Positions 13,694 through 24,812 of a DNA stretch of 54,950 bases are shown piece by piece. The translations under genes were made by a program, and so were the position numbers. The first letter of the stretch is position 1, and every line of letters begins with the position of its first letter. The notes beneath the pieces are model-generated. The model saw nothing but the letters and a program-made list of their open reading frames with translations. It did no database searches and was not told where the DNA came from. This DNA is from Hydrurus foetidus (Eukaryota): contig UYFQ01000324.1 of assembly GCA_900617105.1 (NCBI GenBank), positions 1 to 54,950 on the forward strand, given 5' to 3'.

Positions 13694-14717
13694 TCAGTCA
13701 AGTTTCTTGTTAACAGTGAATTTGACATCTTGTGCTTCACTTTTGTCGCCTCCATATCTGGTGTGAAGCATGGAGAGGATCTTGTATAACCAGAAATACT
13801 GCATCGCTCCAAGCGGGTGCAGCGTGTATTTCGTAAATCCCAGACTAGTGCCCTGCGAGGAGGTAAGAGGTTGATGCGTCGCTCAATATGAGACAGAATC
13901 ATAAATAATGGGTAGATGTACAGTGAGAAGGGAATATTGGTAACCTTTTCCTGGAGAACCCATATGGCTGTGGTCAGATTCAATATTCTTATCGGGAAAA
14001 AGGAGAGGGCAAAGAGATACTCGAAAGTCAAAACAATCGCATTGCCCTTATATCCAGCGGCACGAAGAACCCACGCAATGTTAAAGAAAATGTTTGTAGT
14101 CTCACAAATAAGGAAGTGAGAATTGAGTCTTAAGAACGATCCCGGAATTAATGACACTGCAGAGACACCTACAAGAGACATAAAGTGTTTTTAAAAATTT
14201 AATTCGCTCCTAAATTCTGTGCAACAAGCGGAGTGAGGGACGCGCAGCTCTCACCAAGAATTACGGTCAGGCTATGATGGATCATGTAAAGAGGCTTCCC
14301 TTCTAGAGCATCGGGTAACGAGCAATTAATGATATCTGCCAGGAGGAACCCGCAACCTAATGCTATCAATGGGGTTTGATTAAGAGCGTTATAATTCTCA
14401 AATGGCTGGACATCCGACTGCCATATTAAATAGTCTTGGTATATATGCCACCAGCCGAAAGGTACAACGACGAAATGATGGACCAAACTAATGAGGTAAG
14501 TTGGAAGTTCTTTTCTTTTCACAGGGTCTAATTCGCGGTACCACTTAGGCCAAGTGGATTCTATTATGGTTGGGACAACTTTGAAGAGCAGTGAGAATCC
14601 AACAGTGAACGCAAGTATTTTGGAGTGAAATTGCGGAACGACTTGAATCCCAGGCAGATCAGTTTCCTGGAAGGGTCGATTCATGAAGGAGCTGTAGGAC
14701 GAGAAGAACTCCGCCAT
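13694..14717 (-). CDS. TLC (TRAM/LAG1/CLN8) domain membrane protein, 3 exons
   Basis: Exons 14717-14255, 14168-13945 and 13852-13694 join in frame. Motifs: YLISLVHH, MIHHSLT, CETTNIFFNIAW, FFPIRI, MQYFWLYKI. The C-terminal KKLD* fits a KKxx ER-retrieval signal. Confidence 0.85.
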
Positions 14718-15250
14718 GCTGATGCAGTTTTTACTCCTACGAGCGATCGTATCCACTGATACCTGCTCCTTTTTGTGATGTCGTATTCCTTTTGGAATTA
14801 TGCAATGAATAGCCCAAAATTCTGCAGTGATGAAGACGTTGGAGTTTGGAGTACCTTATCGCTTTGCCATCCATGGAAGGATGTTGAGGAATGTGATTGC
14901 TTCATCAGACTTCAGTCTACAGTAGATACAGAACAGTCTGTAACAAGTAACAACTAAGGCCGTTCCTTTACGTTATCCGAAAAAAATTTAAGTTTTTATT
15001 TTTTTGGATAAAATATTTTTGGATTTTTTTTCTTGGATGGCGTGCCATAACACAATTTCATCCAAATATATTTTGATTCATTTTTTTGGATGATATTTTT
15101 GGATAGCGTGCCGTAAGGTTCATCTGAATCTAAATTTACCTCGTATCCAAATCGCCATTTTTTACTGAATGGAAGACCACGTAAGCATAAAATTTTCAAA
15201 ATGATTGACCACATCATCTTTCAATTACTAATCCTCATCACAATCTAAAC

Positions 15251-16684
15251 ATGGATCGATTTATGGAAGATGAGGAATTTAAGTTTCCACCTTCATCGGA
15301 GTACTTGAAACGCAGTGCTGAGAGAAGGAAGTGGTGGGCTCAATGGGACTCCAATAGTGATGATGAGGAAAATTCACTTACAAATGAATCGGATGACGCA
15401 GACAAAACTACATCCACAAGAAAAAGATATAAGAGGGAGCATTACAGGGAAAGCTGTTGGTGGAAATTTCTTCAAAGAGATGAATTATCTGACTTGATGG
15501 GCCGAGATGGAAAACTGTTCCGTAATCGTTTTACGGTACCCTATCAACTTTTCCTCGAGCTACTTGCAATGGCCAAAATTTGGTTTCCTCAAAGAGAGTA
15601 CGATGCATTTGGGAAAGAGGTTGCACCACTAGAATTGAAACTATTGGGTACACTTAGAATGCTAGGGAAAGGGTGTAGTTGGGACCTCCTGTATGAGCTT
15701 TCAGGGGTTTCAGCAGAGGTTCATCGGAGATGGACTTTAAAATTCATTGCCAAATTTGCACTGGAGATGTTTCCCGTATACGTACATGGCCCACGTGACA
15801 ACTCAGAGATGGAGAAGGTGTCTTCCCTCTATGCTGCTAGTGGATTTCCTGGTTGTATAGGGTCCACTGACTGCGTTCATATAAGGTGGGAACAGTGTCC
15901 CTCCGTTTGGGCAAGTGCATATCGGAATGGAAAGAACAGCTACGCATCGATTGCTTACGAAATGACTGTTAGTCATTCTAAGAAGTTCCAAGCAACAACA
16001 ACTGGACATTATGGAACAACTTCTGACAAGACAATTGTTAAGTTTGATGGCTTTGTACAGCAAGTAAGACTGCAGAAGAGGTACACTAATGCTGAATTTG
16101 ACCTACAAGTTGGTCCAAAGGAGTGGATTACAGAGAAAGGTGTCTATCTATTAGTAGACGGTGGGTACCACAAATGGCGCATTATGCAATGCCCTATCAA
16201 ACACACAACTGAAGTGGATAAAATAAGATGGTCAGAATTTGCTGAGAGTATAAGAAAAGATGTTGAATGCTCATTTGGTATATTAAAGAAACGATTTCAA
16301 TTACTCAAAATTGGAATCAATTGGCATAAGAAGACTGACATCGATAATGCTGTTTTTTCATGCGTTACACTCCACAATATGTTGCATGAATTCGATGGTT
16401 ATGATGAAAGATGGGAAAATGAATTGGACAACTTACATAATGACAAAGAAGAGCAAGCTATGCTTGACAAAATCCGCCGACGAGTAGTGAGAGCTTGTGA
16501 GAATACTGAGGACTTATCTTCAGTGGGTAGACTATTCAACAACATTAATAACATTGGCTATGCTAATTCCCTAGATGACGTGGAAGTTGAATATTCTGAC
16601 AAGTTTGAAGAACTGCGTGATAAACTTGTTAGTCACTTGACAAATCAGTATCTTGCGGGAAAATTAAACTGGATTAAAATATAA
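15251..16684 (+). CDS. Harbinger DDE transposase (477 aa)
   Basis: Intact ORF with FRNRF, GFPGCIGSTDCVH, YLLVDGGY, RKDVECSFGILKKRF and CVTLHNML motifs. Confidence 0.93.
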   Translation: MDRFMEDEEFKFPPSSEYLKRSAERRKWWAQWDSNSDDEENSLTNESDDADKTTSTRKRYKREHYRESCWWKFLQRDELSDLMGRDGKLFRNRFTVPYQLFLELLAMAKIWFPQREYDAFGKEVAPLELKLLGTLRMLGKGCSWDLLYELSGVSAEVHRRWTLKFIAKFALEMFPVYVHGPRDNSEMEKVSSLYAASGFPGCIGSTDCVHIRWEQCPSVWASAYRNGKNSYASIAYEMTVSHSKKFQATTTGHYGTTSDKTIVKFDGFVQQVRLQKRYTNAEFDLQVGPKEWITEKGVYLLVDGGYHKWRIMQCPIKHTTEVDKIRWSEFAESIRKDVECSFGILKKRFQLLKIGINWHKKTDIDNAVFSCVTLHNMLHEFDGYDERWENELDNLHNDKEEQAMLDKIRRRVVRACENTEDLSSVGRLFNNINNIGYANSLDDVEVEYSDKFEELRDKLVSHLTNQYLAGKLNWIKI

Positions 16685-16802
16685 CAATTTTGTTTTTACA
16701 ATTGTGATTTAACTTATAATTTATTTATGTCACCTAACATTTTTGTATTTGGAAAAGAAAACGCGATTATAATTTCATATTATTCATTATAACACTTATG
16801 GT

Positions 16803-18005
16803 TTAGTTTATTAATTTACATATCATCTTCTACAAAAAATCTTCTTAAAATACCAAATCAAAAACCGTATAAGGGGACCATAGTAGTACAAACAGTTACT
16901 TACTTTCGCCTGCTCTGTCCTTGAGTGTTTGATTTGAAATTGAATGTGCCTTAAATCGTCATCCCTTGAAGCCATTGCAAACTCGTTCTGTTGCAAAACT
17001 ATTTGAGTAGACTTGAGGGAGTTGCTCTCTGATGCAACTTTGGTGGACGCTTTGATATCTATCTCCTTCTTCCTCTGATCAACCCTACCGTAAGGTTTCT
17101 TCTTCGTCTCAATATCATTGGGCCCCTCACTAATAGCTTCATTAACCCAAAGATCAGTAGGATCTTCACATGGTGGACCAAATGTAACCCAACCAATCCA
17201 CTCCATCGGGTACCACTTCTCCCAGTCTTCTTTCGGTTTGATTGGATTCGTGGTAGATGAACTGGAGCTGGATGAACTGGATGACGACTTAGCACTAGAT
17301 GTTGTTACGGAGCTGATGGAGGAGTTCAAAGCATCTTCTGCATCATCTAGAGGATCCTCAGTCGCGCTTTTGCCTTTTAAGTAGAAGGCTTCCTTTCTAA
17401 CTTCGTTCAGCACGTCTGCTTCTGACTTCCCGGAAGGAATTCCGTTCCTCGTTAGCCTAGTAGATATGACCTTTGTTTAGTAATAAGTAATGAATGGGAC
17501 TTCAAAGATGGATTTACCTTTTATATATAGGCGTAAGAGTATTATTGATGTAGGTCTTCATCGAACTATATTTCTTCCTCAACTTCTCGCCATTGAGAAT
17601 TTCAGAAGCTGTGCTCGTTGGAACCGTCAAGTAGATGAAAGGAATCTTTTTGACACGAGCGCCAAGGATAGGATGACGACAGAATTTCTCATAGTTGATT
17701 GGAAAATCCCGGACGAATAAAGCCTCTTGGGCACTTTGGGTGCAGCACGATTGACTTTGAATCAGTAAACCACATTGACATATGACAAGGCCTTGTATTT
17801 GCTTGATCTCAGATATCCATAACTTGAAGGATTTCTGTTCGTCGGGGCTTAGGATGGGCTTGCCATCTCTTACTGTTGCTGTATTCGATCTCGTCGATGG
17901 CGAACCCAGCAAAGGATGAGAGATTAGCGTGGGCGGCGGCTTAACAGCTTTGGGCTTCACAGCGGCAGCCTTTTTGGGAGGCTTTACAACCTTTGCCTTC
18001 ACCAT
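16803..18005 (-). CDS. Harbinger ORF2 (putative Myb/SANT-like DNA-binding partner), spliced
   Basis: Exon 18005-17518 splices in frame to an exon starting at 17456 (RLTRNGIPSGKSEADVL). It lies inside the Harbinger TIRs, convergent with the transposase. The 3' end is uncertain (possible intron near 16900-16830). Confidence 0.7.
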
Positions 18006-18855
18006 TTGTTGATGATTTCTGATGAAATGTTGGGAAATGTCCTGACTCAGGTTGCCCGCAACATGATTTTAGATAGGAGGAAAGCATCTAGAAAGCAGGC
18101 CTCTTTTTTGGGAAAAATCGACCATCCAAAAAAAAACAAGAAACTTTTTTTTTTGGATACGTCTTTTTGGATGGTTATGGGATGCCTTCCGGTAAAATCT
18201 TATCCAGAAAAGACGCAAATTTGACGTTTTTGGATAACGTTAAGGAACGGCCTAACAACAGAACTCAACTGTATGTTACACCCTACAGCCTATACAGCCA
18301 TACAGCCTACAGTACCGTACAGGAAGGAGGCGTGTGTAAATAATTGCGTACCTGCGCAGATTATAGATTAAAAGTAGATGTGCACGGTAATAATCACTGA
18401 TTACAGAGCTGTGGAGCTAACTCTTGTACGGAGTCTAGTATCAAGTGTCTTCAGTTCACCTAGATCTGACAGTGACATCCTACATGTGGCGGAATTTTTT
18501 TGACGTTCTTACTAGGGCTCAAATCTCACTTACAGCCTGCCCATCTTCATAAAATCACCTATCTCCTTTACATCGCATTGTAAAGCATCAGCTTGAAAGC
18601 GACCCGCAAAATGCCAGCTAAGCAACATTACGTAAAAAGTAAAAATCATCAAGTTCAACTAATTGTCACTATTTGTATTCTCCACGAGTGAGACGCTGTT
18701 TTGCAGGTGCGTTATTTATCCCGATCGATCTGTGTTCCATATGCTTGTAATCGAAGTTGTTTTCAGAATGCCTTCTTACCTACGTACTGTAGTATATACT
18801 AGAGTTTCATGTTTAGTACTGAATTCTTGCTTTTGGTCAGACACGTCATCGTTTA

Positions 18856-21800
18856 CAGGCTGATGCCACCAAGAAACGTAAAATAACCTATGGGGGAAAA
18901 CGCATGAATTAGGAAAATACATCTAAAATAATGAGAAAATCTACTCTCTTCTGACGAAGTCTCTGTCCATCTCCATGATATTGCGGTGCGTCTTCTGCTT
19001 CGACCTCATCTTTTCGATGTCAGCATGACTTAGAGTTGTCCTTCCATGCCTCTGCCCAATCGCCAGATATAGGCGAGTGTAATCTCTCGCGCGCCTCCCG
19101 AATTTCCAAATTCTACTGAGAGGTAAAATGTCCTTGTCTTTACAAAGCACCCTGACTCTTTCAACAAATTTGACACCCGATTCAAGCTTGACCGCTAAAT
19201 CATTCTGTCGACGCTGCTCGAACTTCAATTTTCCCCAGGCATATTCTATCCCGCCACCTGCTGTCTCGGGTGTGCAGACAACAGATGGGAGCAAAATGTG
19301 TCCTCTTTTCTCGACAACACTTTGAAGCGCTGTCCGTTCGAACATGAAATCAGGACTTTGACCGAGAACAAGGTGCGCATTGAGAGAATCAGGCAATATT
19401 TTATGTGCAGCACCAGCTATGATGAATTTCTCCTGAGTGGCCTTTGATTGTTTTCCTTGCATCCCCTCCACATAGAGTCCTCTTTCATACAAGATCTAAT
19501 TTGACAAATGTTATGCCGCAGGTTATGCAATGCTCGGATTTTGCAGTGAAGTAGAGAACTTACCTGAAGGATGCCTTTATTCTTCCCTACATAGCCTTCT
19601 ATGATGCACGGAGCGTCTAATTCTTGATGATGGACTCCGTCAGCAGTTCCGTCTCCTGGGGCAGCTCGCTTTGCTCTTTTCCTCCTAATCTCTAATTCTC
19701 TTGCTGCCTGCGCCTCGTTCATCGGAACGTCATTGGGCTCTGCTTTGGGATCGTTGAATGGTTTCGGATCTCCAGGCTGGAACACCATTTTCTGCAGCAT
19801 TCCTACGGTGAGTTGTCTTCCATTTATGATTGGTGGATTATCTCCCAAGCAACCCTCCTCGATCATTGAGTCTCTTTTTGGTACCGTCTTACCACCCCAT
19901 CTTAAACCCATTGCGTTGACCATCAACCCGTCTGACTGTTCTTTTAAGTGTCCTGATGAGTGATCCACTTCCAACAGTATTTGCATATCTGGATATAGAA
20001 TCTCAATCGCATCCATGAAATCTACACACTGTTCCTGAAACTTCACACCATCCCAATAACCCTCCTTTCCTCTCGCATTTCCGTACTGAAAGAAGATTAG
20101 ACCTGGGGAATCGCCTATGGGTAGTTTGGGACGAGATTCAACTCCGTTTGCATCTGCCCTTTCTTGACGGGTTCGATTGAAAAGCTCTACTTCCTCAGGC
20201 GTCATGGTGAACCCAAAGCCCCTCCATTCATCAACAATGGCACTCACCATGACGCCTTGACCTTCGCTTTTTGGTCGGAGTTTTACTTTCCCATTCACCC
20301 TCCAGCATCTTGACGGCAAAGCATACTGCTTAAAGATAGCTTCATCCTGTCCCACATGATAGACTGGTAAGTGGCACTTGCAAACCGACTCATCATGTCG
20401 ATGTTTGCATTTAAAGTTTTTCCATTCCTCATCACCAATGTTGTAGTAGAATGCTCCTGGTCTTCCTACTGTGTTCATCATCTTTGTCCTGTATTTCGTG
20501 TGTGATTCCTCTTCCATAAAATCTACGTGAACTTTAACCGGAGGATCTGGTGCCTCTTCTGTTACAGGCGGTAGCACTGGGCTGATGGAGCAAGATGTCA
20601 ATATTTCCGCTCTGTTCTGAAGAGCTGCTGGCGTAGCCTTTGACAGTGGCACCTCAATCCATACAGGCAGTCTTATAGCGAGCTGCAATTGAGCCGGTCC
20701 GTACCTAAGTGGACGAATATGATATGATTTGAGGAGTCATGCAGATGTTTGAAGGTATTGCACAGTGTCATATCATACCTCTCTCTGAAATCTCTCTTGG
20801 TTTCTTCTGCTTCATGTGTATCAGTGTAATAAGATACCGTTGCTTTTTCGTATTTACAACCCAATTTGAGCATCCACCGATGCACAGTTCGTCTTGAGAA
20901 AGGCCTCAGATCGTCGTACAACCTCCTTCCATCTTCGCTTGCTGGAGGATCGTTGGTAATTATGGCTTCCAGCGCTCTAGTTGCCACATCCACAGTCAGC
21001 TTTCTCTCGTTCTTCAGATAGAGCTGGAACCTTTGAGTGTAACCGTGCTCATCGATGAAGTTGGTTCTCGCATGAGATCCTCTGCGATCTTCCATAAAGG
21101 ACTCTTTCTCGATATACTCGTGGTACCACACTCGTATTGTCTTCGGAGAAATGAGTCCACCAGATTGACGGCGTACTTCGTCCGATATTGAGCTTATAGA
21201 ATTGTCAATACGAAAGGTAGTTCTAGCTGAATCGTATCTAGCAAGAAGAAGAGATATTCTTTGCCTGGATCCATTGCTACCGCTCTCTTGCCGTGCCTCT
21301 TGCAAGACCTCCTTGATCATACCTATCTCCTTTTCATCTCTACTTTCTAGCTTCAGAAACATGTTGTAAGTAACGAAGCACTGAGCTGTGATGCGCACCA
21401 GTTGCGCTTTGCTGGTATTCTCCTGAGTGAAGACATGGTCGTCCTCTGTCAAATCAATGATTTCATCCTGCTTCTCTTCCTCAGTGACAGACTCGCGTAG
21501 TCTTTTGTAGCAAGTCCCACTGAAGAGAACATCTCTCAGCCCGCTCATAATCTTGTTGCTTGTCTTCATGCGAGTCTCCAATAGTTGCAGCCGTTGGTAT
21601 AGATTTGACAGTGAAGTTTCTACCCGAACATCCTGTTGCAAGTCAAATATGTCGGTAGCTTCTACGCTTTGCAATCCTTTTTTATCTGGATCAGGCTGCA
21701 GTCTCATCCAGTCTTTCTTTGATAATAGAGGCTCCAAAGTTTGTGGTTGCTGCGTTTTGTATCTGTAGTAAGAGTAGTTTAGTCGCCGCTGCAACTGCTT

Positions 21801-22431
21801 CAAACAGCTGCCACGCAACTCTTTTGCTGCGGGTGTCACACAAATCACTTCTTTCCGTCTCTTCTTCGAAGGCGGCGTAACATGATACTCTTCACCCACA
21901 CATTTCTCAAAAGTTTGCACTCTCTTCAGCTTCAGATGGTCGATAAGCCGCGGAATATCCTCTCGAGCAAACCTCTCGCTCAAGTAACCACGTATGTAGT
22001 AGGCCTTCTGGCTTGACTTTCTCTTACTGCTCGGTTTGATGGCAATTTTGAAGCGCATTTCATCCTTCAGAACTGAAAAGCTTCTCATATTGTCCTGCGC
22101 GCTCGGGTTTTTGTTGACGAACATATCTTTGAGATGGAATTGTTCGGCTCTGAATATAGCTGGACGTTCGTATTAGCTCTGCCTACAAGATGGCGCGGAT
22201 ACATAAGCTTGCGAATGATTATTAGCGAAGATTGATTGCTTTCAAAATTGATAAGAAGTAGATTTCAGCTCATATTTTCGAAATTTCAAAATTTTACTCC
22301 TATGCTTTTGCGCTGCCCCAAAGAGGGTTTCAATACGGTTCTTTTGAGCCATCGAGAAGCGGAAACCGTTTCTCCAAAGATGTGTTATCACGAATTTAAA
22401 AAACTTTACCCCTATAGGTGGCATCAGCCTG
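18856..22431. mobile_element. IS630-Tc1-mariner superfamily DNA transposon (3576 bp)
   Basis: Perfect 15-bp TIRs CAGGCTGATGCCACC (18856-18870 and 22417-22431), each flanked by TA. Confidence 0.92.
18941..22124 (-). CDS. Large DDE transposase, 3 exons, about 1013 aa
   Basis: Exons 22124-20779, 20704-19564 and 19495-18941 total 3042 nt in frame. HTH-like segments (SPKTIRVWYHEY, SRRTVHRWMLKLG); candidate triad in GQDEAIF, EVDHSSGH and GGGIEYAWG; also GYW, KGILQILYERGL and PDF motifs. Confidence 0.85.
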
Positions 22432-22567
22432 TACAAGGCGCACGCGAAGTTGCCTATGCCCCCAGTTGAGTTCAATTCTCTACTGAGTAGCGTGTGCCAG
22501 AAGCATCGTAACGCAAGCACTAGCTCGTGAGCATCAAGGAGTCGAAAGCGTTTTGCAGAGTACAGTT

Positions 22568-23365
22568 ATGTCGGCGCCGAAGCTTCTGTTTCTCATAGTC
22601 TCGATTTGCAACTTGGCAACATTCTGCTCCGCGGGATGGAAATCGTCTACATTCAAATCAAGCACATTTGGCCGCGCGGTGCTGAAGTCAGCAAGCACAA
22701 TCATCATCGGAGCGGGTCTTAGCATGCCATTCAATATCCCAGCTGCTCAGGCTTTCGGACCAGTTGAACTTACTGTGAACATTCGCGGATACTCTCAAGT
22801 TGAGCTGTGCAACGGTCAGAAACCACTCATGCCCGGACAGAAGGCGATGGAGGGTCTTTTCCCTGTATGCATACAAGTCGAGGCTGACGTGGTAAATCCT
22901 GATAAGACGAAGTCACTGAAGGACGTGAGTGTCTACGGATTTGTGAAGGAAGACGCAGCTGGTAACAGTGTGTTACCAAATAACCCAGATTTCAAATCAG
23001 ATAGCGGACAGTATGCAATGATTAAGCTAGTTCCACCAGGTACAAGAGATATTATTATAAGTGCGAGTATCTCAATCGCTGTATCTTCAGCGCGAGTAGA
23101 ATTGAAGTCTCTATCTAACTGAAATTATCTCTAATTTAATTGTTCAATTGTAGGCGCTTCAGTCCAGAAATATCAGTTTGTCGCTGCAATTAGTGCTGAC
23201 CCCAAGAAGGCAGGCTACACTACCCCAGCGATGACATTTATGAAAACAAAAGCGGTATCCTTCCCAGGCGGGGAAAAGTTCCAGCCGCTTTCTGAATGCG
23301 AGATGGATCCAAGAGCAGATGGATGCCAGCCCGGCGACGAAGACTACGTGGAGTACAAATACTAA
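22568..23365 (+). CDS. Plastid-targeted, probable thylakoid-lumen protein, 2 exons
   Basis: Exons 22568-23039 and 23154-23365. Signal peptide ending CSAG-W (ASAFAP-like, W at +1), Ser/Lys-rich transit peptide, then a hydrophobic segment ending AAQA. The mature part has DVSVYGFV and IKLVPPG plus 4 Cys. Confidence 0.75.
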
Positions 23366-24812
23366 ACATTCTTGGCAACATATAGCCCTCATTATGAACT
23401 ATCAGTGCAAGCGCTGCCTGCAATAAGTTCTCTATTGATTAGTATGGTGTTAGGGACAGTAAGGAAACTACTGACTGTAAATGAAAAACTTATTTGATCT
23501 GTCTAAAATTTATCGTGATATTGTGACGAAGAATATCTTGAGTTTGTGCGGCAAATTACATCACGATACGCACTTAATGCACAAAAAATGATTTCGATGC
23601 GCGTATCAAGTGATATGACTATATTGCACAATGGACCACACTGGGCAGTGACGGATATTCAGTCGGGTCCATTGAATTTGATTTGACTGACTCCTTTGAA
23701 TCAATTCCATCCTATAATGTCCTCTTAACTCGGGCGCTGACCTTATTATGAATACTGAGTTTTCGAACATTCGTCCGTATCGAGAGCTGCCCTGTCAGTC
23801 ATCTTCAATGGTTCTTCCTTCTGATCATACGATGGTGGCTTCCACCTTCTCAGACCCTCCTCTCAGATGCGCCACAGCAGTAATCGCATTTCGTTTGTCC
23901 TTGTTTGTCCTCTAGTTGCATCTTCTAGCATCGATTTCAGAGGAAGATTCTCGCTAAGTTTACTTGAAGAACTAAGAAATTAGTTCCTCAAGTTGCAAAA
24001 TTTGTGGCGAATTGATAAATCATCACTAAAGCTCAACGGCAAATCATGGCAGAATTATGAGGCCGCTCTTTTCCATCCGAAACATGAAGAACTTCTATTT
24101 CAGAGGTATGCAAGATTGCTAGTTCGAAAATGACTGCAAAATCATCCTAGATACCGTAAACAAAACAAAGCGATGACGAATTGCAGTTTTGATTTTGCAG
24201 TATGAAAGCACCATTCACGAGCTTCTTCGTTATCATAGAAAATATGGCTGAAGTGGAGTTGAATCTCTCTCGTCATTTAGCGAATGTACTGTCAACTGTG
24301 CAGCAGAATTCAGGCTTACATGGATTCGGTACTACTGTCAGAAGCTGTAGTACCGTAGAGCATGCAGCTTTGACCATTGACGGGTCACTGCAGACTGCGG
24401 AGGACGGAGGCTGAAGAAGGAGTGAAATATACATGAAGCTACGGTATATTCAAAGGGGGTAATATACGTAATAGAATACCCCCAGTTTAACTACACTCGC
24501 GACACTCGAAGTGTAACTCAAAATTAGTTGGCAAAATTGCGAAATGGCAAGCATTCACTGAATATTCGATTAATTTCCGATTTTCGGTAGATTTTGTTAG
24601 TTTTTGGTAGGTCATTACAACTATGTGATGAACACTGTGAAGCAAAGCGTCTCTAGTCTCTAGATTGTCTCGCATAACTACCTGCGGATGTAATTCAGTT
24701 TTCGACTTCAGGAAGTGAAATCCAGGCACAAGAGTTCCCTCCTAGGAGCATCGCTTTCGGTCCGGCGTCAGATAATTGCACGCGGTTGCAAAATTCAATA
24801 ATAATCAGCACC

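Larger units (their letters stand above)
14958..18252. mobile_element. PIF/Harbinger DNA transposon, apparently autonomous (3295 bp)
   Basis: 21-bp TIRs GGCCGTTCCTT(T/A)ACGTTATCC with 1 mismatch; TAA TSD on both sides; clustered TTTTGGAT subterminal motifs; two convergent genes. Confidence 0.95.

Noticed and set aside
18941..22124. Fanzor/TnpB cargo in the DNA transposons
   Set aside because: No RuvC-plus-zinc-finger motif set was recognised in any element; the ORFs here join into a single DDE transposase.
23629..23674. Hairpin CAATGGACC...GGTCCATTG as an ncRNA or SECIS element
   Set aside because: Only a 9-bp stem plus a weak extension, with no tRNA, snoRNA or SECIS hallmarks I can support.
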